Assembly (NCBI GenBank): GCA_015067935.1 | Contig: SVLL01000002.1 | Span: 345-64,344 of the forward strand | Direction: 5' to 3' | DNA: 64,000 nt | Origin: Oscillospiraceae bacterium | GTDB lineage: Bacteria > Bacillota > Clostridia > Oscillospirales > Oscillospiraceae | Part shown: one piece after another, positions 38,986 to 48,499 of the stretch | Numbering within the stretch: position 1 is the stretch's first letter | Layout: the number at the start of each line of letters is the position of its first letter | Notes under the pieces: model-generated | Told to the model about the DNA's origin: nothing | Database searches by the model: none | What the model saw: the letters and a program-made list of their open reading frames with translations, nothing else | Position numbers and translations under genes: made by a program

Positions 38986-39528
38986 ATGAAAGCGACAGGT
39001 ATCGTAAGACGCGTTGACGATTTGGGGAGAATTGTTATTCCAAAAGAAATCAGAAGAACCCTCCGCATCCGTGAGGGCGACCCTCTTGAAATTTACACCG
39101 AGAAGGATGGGGGCGTGATTTTCCGCAAATATTCCCCTATGGGCGACCTGCAGGAATTTGCTGCCCAGATGTGCGAGGCCATCGGCTCCGGCTCCGGTCA
39201 CATGGCGGCCGTGGCGGATCGGGATGCCATTATCGCGCTGTCCGGTGTGCCCAAGCGTGAGCTGATGGACAAGCCCAATTCCGAGGCTCTGGAAAAGCTG
39301 ATGGAGCAGCGGCAGCATTACCGCTTTGCTACCGGGGATACCCCGGTTCGGGTATCCGACGGGGTAGAGAAGTACCACCTTGGTGTGGCATCGCCTATTT
39401 TGTGTCAGGGCGACCTGATGGGCTGCGTGATGCTGCTTTTGGGGGAACACGACGCGCCTCTGGCAGAATCCGATCAGAAGCTGGCACAGATTGCCGCCAA
39501 TTTCCTGGGCAGCCAGATGGAAAACTAA
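38986..39528 (+). CDS. spoVT: stage V sporulation protein T
   Basis: MKATGIVRRVDDLGRIVIPKEIRRTLRIREGDPLEI + GAF-like C-terminus (A.FLG.QME). Confidence 0.95.
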   Translation: MKATGIVRRVDDLGRIVIPKEIRRTLRIREGDPLEIYTEKDGGVIFRKYSPMGDLQEFAAQMCEAIGSGSGHMAAVADRDAIIALSGVPKRELMDKPNSEALEKLMEQRQHYRFATGDTPVRVSDGVEKYHLGVASPILCQGDLMGCVMLLLGEHDAPLAESDQKLAQIAANFLGSQMEN

Positions 39529-39533
39529 AAAGG

Positions 39534-39564
39534 ACCCTCGCATCCGGCAGGATGCGAGGGTTTT
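39534..39564. terminator. bidirectional terminator
   Basis: accctcgcatcc-ggca-ggatgcgagggt. Confidence 0.8.
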
Positions 39565-39567
39565 GCA

Positions 39568-40845
39568 TTATATGGAAGCTTCGTATTGCGCGATATTGAC
39601 CACCCGGTTTTCCAGCCGGGCCGCCTCAGCGGCAAAGCCGGTGATGTGGTTTTCGTAAGAGGTTCGGACCTCACAGATGGATTTGCTGGGCTTATCGCCT
39701 CTCAGCAGGCTCAGGGTGTCAACCATAATGCCGGTATCACCGCCGCCGTGACCGGAGGAAATGTCGTTGCCATATTCGGAAATTTCGATGGTTTCCCATT
39801 GCTGTGTGGCAAAGGAGTACAGCCGCAGCTTGCTTTGATCCAGATCGCTGATCAGCTCACCTTCCGTGCCGAAAATGCGGATGAACCGACCACCCTGATT
39901 GAATGCAGACATAGTAAACGATACGGTGCAGCCGTTTTCGTATTCCAGATTGACTACCTGATGATCCACCACATCGTTGTCGCAAGCATACACGCACCGG
40001 CCGTAAGGACCGGTTTTCAGAGCCTCCCAAACCTGCTCGGGTGTAGGCACATCCACTGTGCCGGCAACGGCTTTGCGCCCCCAGCCCCAAAGCTCACTAT
40101 TTTCGTCCATATACAGCTTTTGAGCATTGTAATGGCAGTTTTCTGCATGGGGGCAGCCATCTGTGCAGCGGTCCGGCGCACCGGCAGGCTGATTCTCCCG
40201 GCGGAAATACTTCAAGCTGCCAAAGGACTGAACGGATACGCATTTTTCCCCGATGACCCACTGCAAAATATCCATATCGTGGCAGCATTTTGCCATAATC
40301 ATACAGCTGCTTTCGGCGGTGTTGCGCCACGCGCCTCGCACATAGCTGTGGCTTTGGTGGATATGTCCCACATTTTCAGTGGCCATAATGGACATAATTT
40401 TGCCCAGACGGCCCTTGTCCACCAGATCCTTGATGGTACACCAGAAGGGAGTAAAGCGCAGTACATGGCAGACGACCACCTTTACGCCCTTTTCTTCGGC
40501 GGCCTCTGTGATGGCCCTGCACTCCTGCGGCGTGGGAGCCATAGGCTTTTCCAGCAGAAGATGATAGCCCTTGTCAATTAGGGCCAGAGCGGGTTCGTAG
40601 TGCATATTATCCTGCGTTGCCAAAATGGCAAAATCTGCCAACTTTGGCTGGGCGGTCAAATCCTGCCATGTGGCATATTGCTGCTGCCGGGGGATATTAT
40701 GCCACTGGGCGGCAGAGGCCCGTCGGGCAGCGTTTGGATCGGCAACTGCCACAATTTCCAGTTCTTCGGGATGCTGACGGGAATATGCGGCATAGGCAGC
40801 ACCCCGGCCACCGTAACCGACCACAACGGCAGTGAGCTTTTTCAT
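39568..40845 (-). CDS. Gfo/Idh/MocA oxidoreductase
   Basis: VGYGGRG, LLEKPM, CHVLR, HSYVRG.WR, AKCCHD.D, GHGGGD. Confidence 0.9.
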   Translation of the reverse strand: MKKLTAVVVGYGGRGAAYAAYSRQHPEELEIVAVADPNAARRASAAQWHNIPRQQQYATWQDLTAQPKLADFAILATQDNMHYEPALALIDKGYHLLLEKPMAPTPQECRAITEAAEEKGVKVVVCHVLRFTPFWCTIKDLVDKGRLGKIMSIMATENVGHIHQSHSYVRGAWRNTAESSCMIMAKCCHDMDILQWVIGEKCVSVQSFGSLKYFRRENQPAGAPDRCTDGCPHAENCHYNAQKLYMDENSELWGWGRKAVAGTVDVPTPEQVWEALKTGPYGRCVYACDNDVVDHQVVNLEYENGCTVSFTMSAFNQGGRFIRIFGTEGELISDLDQSKLRLYSFATQQWETIEISEYGNDISSGHGGGDTGIMVDTLSLLRGDKPSKSICEVRTSYENHITGFAAEAARLENRVVNIAQYEASI

Positions 40846-40969
40846 AGAAAGACCTCCTGTGTCATTGACAAAATTCGTCCTTGCAGGTATTATTATGGTA
40901 TAGTTGAAAACAAAAGTGAATACATAAAAGTATGAAAAATCTATGATTTTGTATGGGTGGGATGTAATC

Positions 40970-41776
40970 TTGTTTGAATATGCGGATGTGAGCAGTGTTT
41001 TTCGCATCAAGTCCTTAAACACAGCCTTCACCACCCAAATTGGGGAACGGTATCACTTTGTGGGCGAGCGGCACGATTTTTGGGAACTGGTAATCGTTAT
41101 CGATGGAGAAGTGGGTGTGACTGCAGGAGAAAAAACCAGCGTGTTCCAGAAAGGTGATGCAATTTTACATTATCCTATGGAATTTCATCGGGTATGGTAT
41201 GCGGAGAATGTTCCGGCAGAAATTTTGATTTTCAGCTTTTCTGCGGAAAATGTACCGGAGGTGAAAAACAGGCAATTCGTTGTGCCGGATTTGCGTGTTC
41301 CCATCAACCTGCTTCATAAAATCCAAAGCGTATTTACAATGGATGAGGGAAATGTACACGCTATGTGCCGGGAGGAGTTGAACTGCCATATTGTGCTAAA
41401 GGAACTGGAAATCTTTTTGCTGGAACTGCTCCGTGGCAGAGGCTTGGCGTTTGCCGGCACAAATTCCAAAAGCGCAGAAAATTATACCCGGTTGGTGCGC
41501 TGCCTGACAGACCAGTTGGGGAAGGATCCTTCCGTGGAAGAAATTGCAAGACTGTGTAATATGAGTGCGGTAAATGCCAAGCAAACCTTTGCACGATATG
41601 CCGGAATGGGAATTCGGGATTATTTCAACCGCCTGCGGGTTGAAAGGGCTATTACAATGCTGCGTGATGGCTGCTCTGTACAGGAAACGGCTGCTGCATT
41701 GGCCTTTTCCAGTCCCAATTATTTCTGCACAGCTTTCAAGCGCATTACAGGGCGAGCGCCGACGGCGTATAAGTAA
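40970..41776 (+). CDS. AraC family regulator
   Basis: Cupin GERHDFWE, PMEFH; C-terminal HTH FSSPNYF..AFK..G..P; TTG start assumed (ORF opens at 40943). Confidence 0.88.
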   Translation: MFEYADVSSVFRIKSLNTAFTTQIGERYHFVGERHDFWELVIVIDGEVGVTAGEKTSVFQKGDAILHYPMEFHRVWYAENVPAEILIFSFSAENVPEVKNRQFVVPDLRVPINLLHKIQSVFTMDEGNVHAMCREELNCHIVLKELEIFLLELLRGRGLAFAGTNSKSAENYTRLVRCLTDQLGKDPSVEEIARLCNMSAVNAKQTFARYAGMGIRDYFNRLRVERAITMLRDGCSVQETAAALAFSSPNYFCTAFKRITGRAPTAYK

Positions 41777-41789
41777 AAGGAGGGTATAT

Positions 41790-42293
41790 ATGAGATCTTG
41801 GATACAAAAGCACAGCATTTTGCTTTCGTTTCTGCTGGTACTGGCAGTAATGGTGATGATTTATTGCTTCTCCGCCCAGACCGGCGAGGAATCCGGCGCA
41901 ATGAGCGGAGAGATCACCCGATGGCTGCTGAGCATTTTTGTGCCGGATTTTGACGCTTGGGCGTCGCAGGAGCAGGAGAGCTTGCTGTATGCGGTGGGCC
42001 TTATTATTCGCAAGCTGGCACATTTTTCGGAATACGCGCTGCTGGGTTTTGCGCTGTTGCTGCATATTTCTCAGGTGCAAAAGAAAATCTCGGTGCGTTT
42101 GCCGGCTTTATGGGCTTGGGGAATCGGCACACTTTATGCCGCCTCCGATGAATTCCACCAAAGCTTTGTGGGTGGTCGCGGGCCGGCGGTGACGGATGTG
42201 ATGATCGACAGTGCCGGTGTGATCGCCGGTGTGCTGATTATGGCGTGGCTCCTGCACAGAAAAAACCGGAACAGACAGTTTTTGAAAGGATGA
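41790..42293 (+). CDS. VanZ family membrane protein
   Basis: IYCFSAQ, RKLAHFSEY..LG, YAASDEFHQSFV.GR, DV.ID. Confidence 0.9.
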   Translation: MRSWIQKHSILLSFLLVLAVMVMIYCFSAQTGEESGAMSGEITRWLLSIFVPDFDAWASQEQESLLYAVGLIIRKLAHFSEYALLGFALLLHISQVQKKISVRLPALWAWGIGTLYAASDEFHQSFVGGRGPAVTDVMIDSAGVIAGVLIMAWLLHRKNRNRQFLKG

Positions 42294-42298
42294 AAAGG

Positions 42299-43099
42299 AT
42301 GAAAAAAGCCATTTTGTGTATCCTTGCGCTGATGCTCTTGCTTGCCGGATGTGCTCCGGCAGAGCCGTCACAGCCAAATGAGGAAATCAAACCGGATGTC
42401 CAGCTAATGGAAAAATATCCGGAGTATTTTGGCTTGGACACCTCCGAAGGGCTGGATGTTTATGTGTGGCAGATGGCAAAAAACAGCTATTCCTTCGGCT
42501 TGCTGTCCCATCAGGAGACCCCCAGAGATGTGTTGGATCCCGCACTGTGGGAGATGAAGAGCACGACACCTGCAGAAATGCGCCAGATTTTGGCCACCTA
42601 TGACATAAACCAAAGCTGGATTCACATTATCCCGTGGCAGAATCCCTTGTCCGGTTATTGGATGGAGTACTGGGTCGTCCGTGAGGGAGAAGATCTCGCG
42701 GCCAAGCAGAAGGCCTATGTGAAATTCGTGGAAATGATGCTGTTTATGCCGTCGGAATATACCCCTGTTTTGGCAGATATGGTGTTTGATGCGGACGGTG
42801 ACGGCAGCCCGGATTACTGCACCTTAAGTGTCGGTCCTACTTCCGGAGCATTTTCCTTTACCTTCCGGGTGTTCGATCCCCAATTGGAAACACCCAAATA
42901 TGAACAGACTTTCCAAATGGAGCATTGTCAGCTGTCCTTTCGGTATGATTTCATAAACGACGCTAACTACATCAAGACGGTCACCCTGACGGATGATCCC
43001 CAGACCTCTTACTACCGTCCCGTTATTGAAAACGGGCAGGTGACGCTGGAAAAGGTGGATTATACCCCGCCGGATATTACGGTGTACCCGGATAATTGA
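42299..43099 (+). CDS. lipoprotein of unknown function
   Basis: Lipobox LLAGC; DADGDGSPD Ca-binding-like loop. Confidence 0.75.
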   Translation: MKKAILCILALMLLLAGCAPAEPSQPNEEIKPDVQLMEKYPEYFGLDTSEGLDVYVWQMAKNSYSFGLLSHQETPRDVLDPALWEMKSTTPAEMRQILATYDINQSWIHIIPWQNPLSGYWMEYWVVREGEDLAAKQKAYVKFVEMMLFMPSEYTPVLADMVFDADGDGSPDYCTLSVGPTSGAFSFTFRVFDPQLETPKYEQTFQMEHCQLSFRYDFINDANYIKTVTLTDDPQTSYYRPVIENGQVTLEKVDYTPPDITVYPDN

Positions 43100-43188
43100 A
43101 AAAGTAGCCGCTCTCCGACCGGAGAGCGGTTGCATATTACCCCGAAAACTGCTATAATAAAGAAAAAACCCACAAAAGGACGAAAAAT

Positions 43189-44379
43189 ATGAGCGAAAAC
43201 ATTACATTTGCCGATCTCGGCCTTTCCGAGCCGATGCTGAAGGCATTGGAAAAGAAAGGTTACGGCTATCCCACTACCATTCAGGCGGAGGCCATTCCCC
43301 ACTTTATGCAGTGGCGGGATGTAATCGCCAAGGCCCCTACCGGCACCGGCAAGACCTTTGCCTTTGGTATTCCTATGATCGAGCATATCGATGCCGCCTG
43401 CGAGGATGTGCAGGGGCTGATCCTTGCCCCTACCCGGGAGCTGGCCATCCAGATCGGTGACGAGCTGCGAGGGCTGCTGACCCACTATCAGGGCATCCGG
43501 GTGGCGGTGCTCTATGGCGGTGCCGGCATTGGCGGTCAAATTCAGCAGCTGCAGAAGAAACCTCAAATTGTTGTTGCGACCCCCGGCCGGCTGATGGACC
43601 ACTATAACCGCAAAACCATCCGTCTGGACAAAATCCAGACCGTTGTGCTGGACGAGGCGGACCGGATGTTGGATATGGGCTTCTTCAAGGATGTGACCCG
43701 AATCATCGAGAAGGTGAAAAATCGCAAGAATCTGGGCCTGTTTTCCGCAACCATTTCCCAAGAGGTGATGACGGTGTCTTGGATGTACCAGCGGGACGAG
43801 GTGGAGATCACCGTCGAGCCCAAGCAGCAGGACCGCCCGGACATTGACCAGTACAGCCTGACTATGTCCCCGCTGGAAAAGGCGGCGACTACCCTGCGGC
43901 TGATCCGCAGCCAGGGCTTTGAGCGGGGCATCATCTTCTGCAACACCAAGCACATGTGCCAGCGGCTTTGCGATGAATTTCAGCGTGCCGGCTTGGATTG
44001 TGAGTGCATCCACGGCGATATTAAACAGAGCCTGCGGGAGAAGACCATGCAGAAATACCGCACCGGTAAGCTGGCGGTGCTGATTGCCACGGATGTGGCA
44101 TCCCGGGGTATTGATGTGGATGATGTGGAATGTGTCATCAATTATGATGTGCCGGAGGAAAATGAATACTATGTCCACCGCATCGGCCGTACCGGACGGG
44201 CAAGACGGAAGGGAAGTGCCTTTTCTATGATCGGCAATTTCCCTGAAAAGGCCAAGCTGGACGAAATCGCAAAATTCTCCGGCTATACCATTAAGCCGAT
44301 GGTCCTGCAGGAGGACGGTGCGCTGGTGGAGGAAGCACCTGCTCCCGTACCCCCCAAGCCTCGGAGGAAGTTTAAATGA
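43189..44379 (+). CDS. DEAD-box RNA helicase
   Basis: APTGTGKT, PTRELA, TPGRL, DEAD, SAT, RGID, HRIGRTGR. Confidence 0.95.
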   Translation: MSENITFADLGLSEPMLKALEKKGYGYPTTIQAEAIPHFMQWRDVIAKAPTGTGKTFAFGIPMIEHIDAACEDVQGLILAPTRELAIQIGDELRGLLTHYQGIRVAVLYGGAGIGGQIQQLQKKPQIVVATPGRLMDHYNRKTIRLDKIQTVVLDEADRMLDMGFFKDVTRIIEKVKNRKNLGLFSATISQEVMTVSWMYQRDEVEITVEPKQQDRPDIDQYSLTMSPLEKAATTLRLIRSQGFERGIIFCNTKHMCQRLCDEFQRAGLDCECIHGDIKQSLREKTMQKYRTGKLAVLIATDVASRGIDVDDVECVINYDVPEENEYYVHRIGRTGRARRKGSAFSMIGNFPEKAKLDEIAKFSGYTIKPMVLQEDGALVEEAPAPVPPKPRRKFK

Positions 44380-45263
44380 CCGATCGGGAATGTGGCTTTT
44401 TGCTGCTGGGAAGCCAATTGGGTGACCCGGACCGTCATCCGCTGACCACTGCGCAGCTTCGGGATCTGGCAAACCGTGTAGCGTCTGCGGATAAGCCGAC
44501 GGAGGATCGGGAGCTGCTCCCGGCAGATTTGCGCAGCTTGGGCTATGGGCAGGAAATGGCGGAGCGTATCGTGCACCTTCTGGGAGAAACAGAGCGGCTG
44601 CATTGGTACTTAAATCGGGGAAAACGGGAGGGCTGTGTGCCCCTGACCCGGTTAAGCGAGGGCTATCCGCTTGCTATGCGCAAGCGATTAGGCTTGGACA
44701 GCCCCGGCGTTTTGTGGGCAATGGGAGATCTGTCCATTTTGGAAAAACCCCGGATCGCCTTGGTGGGAAGTCGGGAGATCCGGGAGGAAAATGCCGCCTT
44801 TGCCGCCAGAGTGGGTGCGGAGGCCGCCTTGCAGGGCTATGTGCTGGTTTCCGGCAATGCCCGGGGAGCGGACCGCATTGCGCAGACCGCTTGCCTGAAT
44901 GCAGGTGGGCAGGTGATATGTGTACTGGCGGATGAATTACAAAAGCAGGAAATTACGGAAAATGTGCTGTATCTCAGCGAGGACAGCTTTGATTTACCCT
45001 TTTCTGCCCAGCGGGCCCACAGCCGCAACCGGGTGATTCACGCACTGGGGGAAAAGACCTTTGTGGCGCAATGTGCATCGGGCACGGGTGGAAGTTGGAG
45101 CGGCACTGTGCGAAATATCAAGGAAAATTGGAGTCCGGTGTTTTGTTTCCGGGATGGAAGCGAAGCAATGTATCAACTGGAACAACTGGGGGCGGTTTTG
45201 CTTGACAACGAGGATTTGTCGAAACTCTCCGCACTGCAAAGCCAACCATCCGGGTTCTTTTAA
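44376..45263 (+). CDS. DprA/Smf family protein (divergent subtype)
   Basis: YP..M, ALVGSR, VSGNARGAD, RNRVIHALG, GGSWSG. Confidence 0.85.
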   Translation: MTDRECGFLLLGSQLGDPDRHPLTTAQLRDLANRVASADKPTEDRELLPADLRSLGYGQEMAERIVHLLGETERLHWYLNRGKREGCVPLTRLSEGYPLAMRKRLGLDSPGVLWAMGDLSILEKPRIALVGSREIREENAAFAARVGAEAALQGYVLVSGNARGADRIAQTACLNAGGQVICVLADELQKQEITENVLYLSEDSFDLPFSAQRAHSRNRVIHALGEKTFVAQCASGTGGSWSGTVRNIKENWSPVFCFRDGSEAMYQLEQLGAVLLDNEDLSKLSALQSQPSGFF

Positions 45264-45279
45264 AAAAGGAGAAAAAACT

Positions 45280-45492
45280 ATGGCGCAAGAATATCCCTGC
45301 AATTGGAAAAACTGTGCAACCTGCGCATTTTGGATCGCAAACAGAGATTGTGACCATTTCGGTCAGAGAGCCATCGTGCCCAGCTCTTCGGAAAGAGGCA
45401 GATGTGCCATCCCCTCCGGCGGCTGGCGCGGCTCACAGCGGCAGGCAAATAACACCTGCAGCTCGTGGCAGAAATGGCCGGTGCTGAGATAA
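45280..45492 (+). CDS. 70-aa Cys-rich miniprotein
   Basis: SD aaggag, terminator downstream; CATCAFW...GRC...CSSW. Confidence 0.7.
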   Translation: MAQEYPCNWKNCATCAFWIANRDCDHFGQRAIVPSSSERGRCAIPSGGWRGSQRQANNTCSSWQKWPVLR

Positions 45493-45496
45493 ATAG

Positions 45497-45528
45497 CAAA
45501 AAACAGCGGAGTTTTCCGCTGCTTTTTG
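45497..45528 (+). terminator. intrinsic terminator
   Basis: cagcgga-gttt-tccgctg + cttttt. Confidence 0.7.
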
Positions 45529-45530
45529 CT

Positions 45531-45554
45531 TACCCACTGATGCATCAGTGGGTA
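45531..45554. repeat. perfect 24-bp palindrome upstream of glmS
   Basis: tacccactgatg|catcagtgggta. Confidence 0.85.
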
Positions 45555-45683
45555 TAATTTTTGCAGAAAATTCTGGAAATAATCAAAAATTATAAAATTA
45601 TAGTTGAAAAATGCACATAAAGCGTGTACAATAGGGGAGGTTGATGCGATCCGGCGGATCGCAATATTTCAGGAGGTTATGTT

Positions 45684-47525
45684 ATGTGTGGAATTGTCGG
45701 GTATGCAGGCGGGCAGCAAGCTGCCCCTATCTTGTTGGAGGGGCTGGCGAAGCTGGAGTACCGGGGCTATGACTCTGCCGGTATTTGCGTTCACGGTGCA
45801 AAAGAGATGCAGGTGGTCAAGGCAAAGGGACGGCTGAAGGTCCTTTGTGAAAAAACGCAGGACGGTGCTTCGGTACCGGGAACAGTGGGAATCGGGCATA
45901 CCCGATGGGCCACCCATGGTGCGCCGTCGGATGCTAACAGTCATCCCCATTTGTCGGACAGCGGCAGTGTTGCTGTGGTGCATAACGGCATTATTGAAAA
46001 TGAGGCCAAGCTGCGCAGTTGGCTGATGGAGCGGGGCGTCCGTTTCCATTCGGAAACAGATACGGAGGTGGTCGCCAATCTGGTAGGCTACTATTATGAC
46101 AAGGACGGCAATTTTATTGCCGCGGTGCGTCGTGCCTTGCGGCAGCTGGAGGGCAGTTATGCACTGGGCTTCCTCTGCGCGGATTTACCCAATTTGATCG
46201 TTGCGGCAAAAAAGGATTCTCCGCTGATTTTTGGCTACGGGGACGGAGAAAATTTTGTTGCATCGGATGTTCCTGCCATTTTGAAGCATACCCAGACCGT
46301 TTCCTATATGGAAGACGGGGAAATGGTGGTTTTCGACGGTCACAATGTGCGTTTCTTCGACGGAATGGGCGATCCGGTGGAAAAGCAACGGGAAACCGTT
46401 ACTTGGGAGCTGTCCGCTGCGGAGCGGGGTGGCTTTGACCACTTTATGCTAAAAGAGATTTTTGAGCAGCCTAAGGCGTTGAAGGATACGATCAGTCCCC
46501 GGCTGAAAAACGGTCAGGTGGTATTTGAGGGCATCGATCTGTCCGCCGCATATCTCAAGGATGTGCGGAAGATCCATCTTGTGGCCTGCGGCTCGGCTTA
46601 CTATGTTTCTGTTCTGGCCAAGTATATCATCGAAAAGGCCTGCCACATTCCCACAGAAGCGGCGATGGCATCGGAATTCCGCTATGCCGAGCCCGTGGTG
46701 GACGAACACGATCTGGTAATTATCATCAGTCAATCCGGCGAGACCGCAGATACGCTGGCGGCCCTGCGTGAGGCCAAGCGGCTGGGGGCAAAAACTTTGG
46801 CCATTGTCAATGTGGTGGGCTCGGCCATTGCCAAAACAGCTGACCAGACGATTTATACTTGGGCAGGCCCGGAAATCGCGGTGGCAACCACAAAGGCATA
46901 CTCCACCCAGCTGGCGGTGGTGTATCTGCTGACGGCATATATGGCGCGGCAGCTGGGCACGATGGATGAGGAAACCTATCACGCTTGGGTGCAGGCGTTG
47001 GAGAATCTGCCGGCAGCTGCGGAAAGGGTTCTCTGCCCGGAAAATGTGGAGACAGTACAGTTTTTGGCCAGCCGCTACTACGGGCATCACGATGCCTTTT
47101 ACATCGGCCGGAATGTGGACAGTGCCATTTGTCTGGAGGGCAGCCTGAAGCTGAAGGAGGTTGCCTATCTCCACAGCGAGGCCTATCCTGCAGGAGAGCT
47201 GAAGCACGGACCGATCTCATTGATCGAAAACGGGACCTTGGTGGTGGCTATGGCAACGGTTGCGCCTTTGTTTGACAAGATGATGGCCAACATCCGGGAA
47301 GTTAAGGCCAGGGGTGCGGATGTATTGTGTGTCACGCTGGAGGAATCGGCAGAGGAAGCCGCCAAGCAGACGGACAATATTTTGACGATTCCGAAGGTAC
47401 TGCCGGTGTTTCAGCCCAGCCTTTCCATCATCCCCTTGCAGCTGTTTGCCTATTATGTTGCGTTGAATCGGGGATGCGATGTAGATAAGCCCAGAAATCT
47501 GGCAAAATCAGTGACAGTGGAATAA
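45684..47525 (+). CDS. glmS: glutamine--fructose-6-phosphate aminotransferase
   Basis: MCGIVG, LEYRGYDSAG, GHTRWATHG, SQSGETADT, KPRNLAKSVTVE. Confidence 0.98.
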   Translation: MCGIVGYAGGQQAAPILLEGLAKLEYRGYDSAGICVHGAKEMQVVKAKGRLKVLCEKTQDGASVPGTVGIGHTRWATHGAPSDANSHPHLSDSGSVAVVHNGIIENEAKLRSWLMERGVRFHSETDTEVVANLVGYYYDKDGNFIAAVRRALRQLEGSYALGFLCADLPNLIVAAKKDSPLIFGYGDGENFVASDVPAILKHTQTVSYMEDGEMVVFDGHNVRFFDGMGDPVEKQRETVTWELSAAERGGFDHFMLKEIFEQPKALKDTISPRLKNGQVVFEGIDLSAAYLKDVRKIHLVACGSAYYVSVLAKYIIEKACHIPTEAAMASEFRYAEPVVDEHDLVIIISQSGETADTLAALREAKRLGAKTLAIVNVVGSAIAKTADQTIYTWAGPEIAVATTKAYSTQLAVVYLLTAYMARQLGTMDEETYHAWVQALENLPAAAERVLCPENVETVQFLASRYYGHHDAFYIGRNVDSAICLEGSLKLKEVAYLHSEAYPAGELKHGPISLIENGTLVVAMATVAPLFDKMMANIREVKARGADVLCVTLEESAEEAAKQTDNILTIPKVLPVFQPSLSIIPLQLFAYYVALNRGCDVDKPRNLAKSVTVE

Positions 47526-47528
47526 TGC

Positions 47529-47554
47529 AAAAGCGAGGATTTATCCTCGCTTTT
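47529..47554 (+). terminator. intrinsic terminator
   Basis: aaaagcgaggat-tt-atcctcgctttt. Confidence 0.8.
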
Positions 47555-47612
47555 GTAGTAACAATCCCTCTTTTTGCATACACTAAGGGAGTGAAAGGGA
47601 AGGAGGGTGTCT

Positions 47613-48434
47613 ATGGAAATACCGAAGGGTGGCTTGATCGGGAGATTTTGGGGATACTGGGAGCAAATTCGCCCGATGCGTATCGGTCATCACGCTGCTC
47701 ACGCCGGATATTTTATCGTGCTTTCCGTATTTCCTACGCTGGTACTGCTGCTGGGTTTGCTGCGGTATACGAATCTGGATGCCGGGGATTTGCTTTCCCT
47801 TCTTTCCGGCTTTTTGCCGGAGGTGCTGCTGCCGGCAACGGAAAAACTGCTGATTTCCACCTATGCCTACACCTCCACCGCAGTGGTGTCCATTTCTGCC
47901 ATCGGCGTGCTGTGGTCTGCCAGCCGGGGTGTTTACGCACTGCTCACGGGTCTGAACGCCATCTACGGTGTTCGGGAAAACCGAGGGTATTTTTACACCC
48001 GGGGAATCAGTGTGTTTTATACCTTCCTGTTTCTCGTGGTGTTGGTGCTGACGCTGGTACTCAATGTGTTCGGCGTGGCCATTGTGGAGCGTCTGCCGGC
48101 CGCAGGAGGGGTATTTTGGGAGTTTCTGGACTCGGTGGTGGATCTGCGTTTTCTACTGCTGATGCTTCTGCAAACAGGCTTATTTACGGCGATGTTTATG
48201 GCCCTTCCGAACCGGAAGAACAGATTTGCCGACAGCTTTCCCGGTGCAGTGCTGGCCTCTTTGGGATGGCTGTTATTTTCCAACCTGTTTTCCTATTATG
48301 TGGAATACTTTTCCGACTATGCAAGCATTTACGGCTCGGTTTATACGGTGGCTTTGGGGATGCTGTGGTTGTATTTTTGCCTTTGTTTGCTGTTTTGCGG
48401 CGGCGCGCTGAATAAAATTTTGATGAAAGAATAA
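47613..48434 (+). CDS. YihY/BrkB family membrane protein
   Basis: LSVFP, WSASRG, LN.IY, PGA, IYGS, LWLY. Confidence 0.88.
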   Translation: MEIPKGGLIGRFWGYWEQIRPMRIGHHAAHAGYFIVLSVFPTLVLLLGLLRYTNLDAGDLLSLLSGFLPEVLLPATEKLLISTYAYTSTAVVSISAIGVLWSASRGVYALLTGLNAIYGVRENRGYFYTRGISVFYTFLFLVVLVLTLVLNVFGVAIVERLPAAGGVFWEFLDSVVDLRFLLLMLLQTGLFTAMFMALPNRKNRFADSFPGAVLASLGWLLFSNLFSYYVEYFSDYASIYGSVYTVALGMLWLYFCLCLLFCGGALNKILMKE

Positions 48435-48499
48435 TTTTTTTGTTTATCCTCTGTTCATATCTGTTTTTTATGATAGAATAAAGACAAGGAGAGATAGAA

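Noticed and set aside
41790-42293. VanZ as glycopeptide resistance
   Set aside because: No van cluster; the family is widespread.
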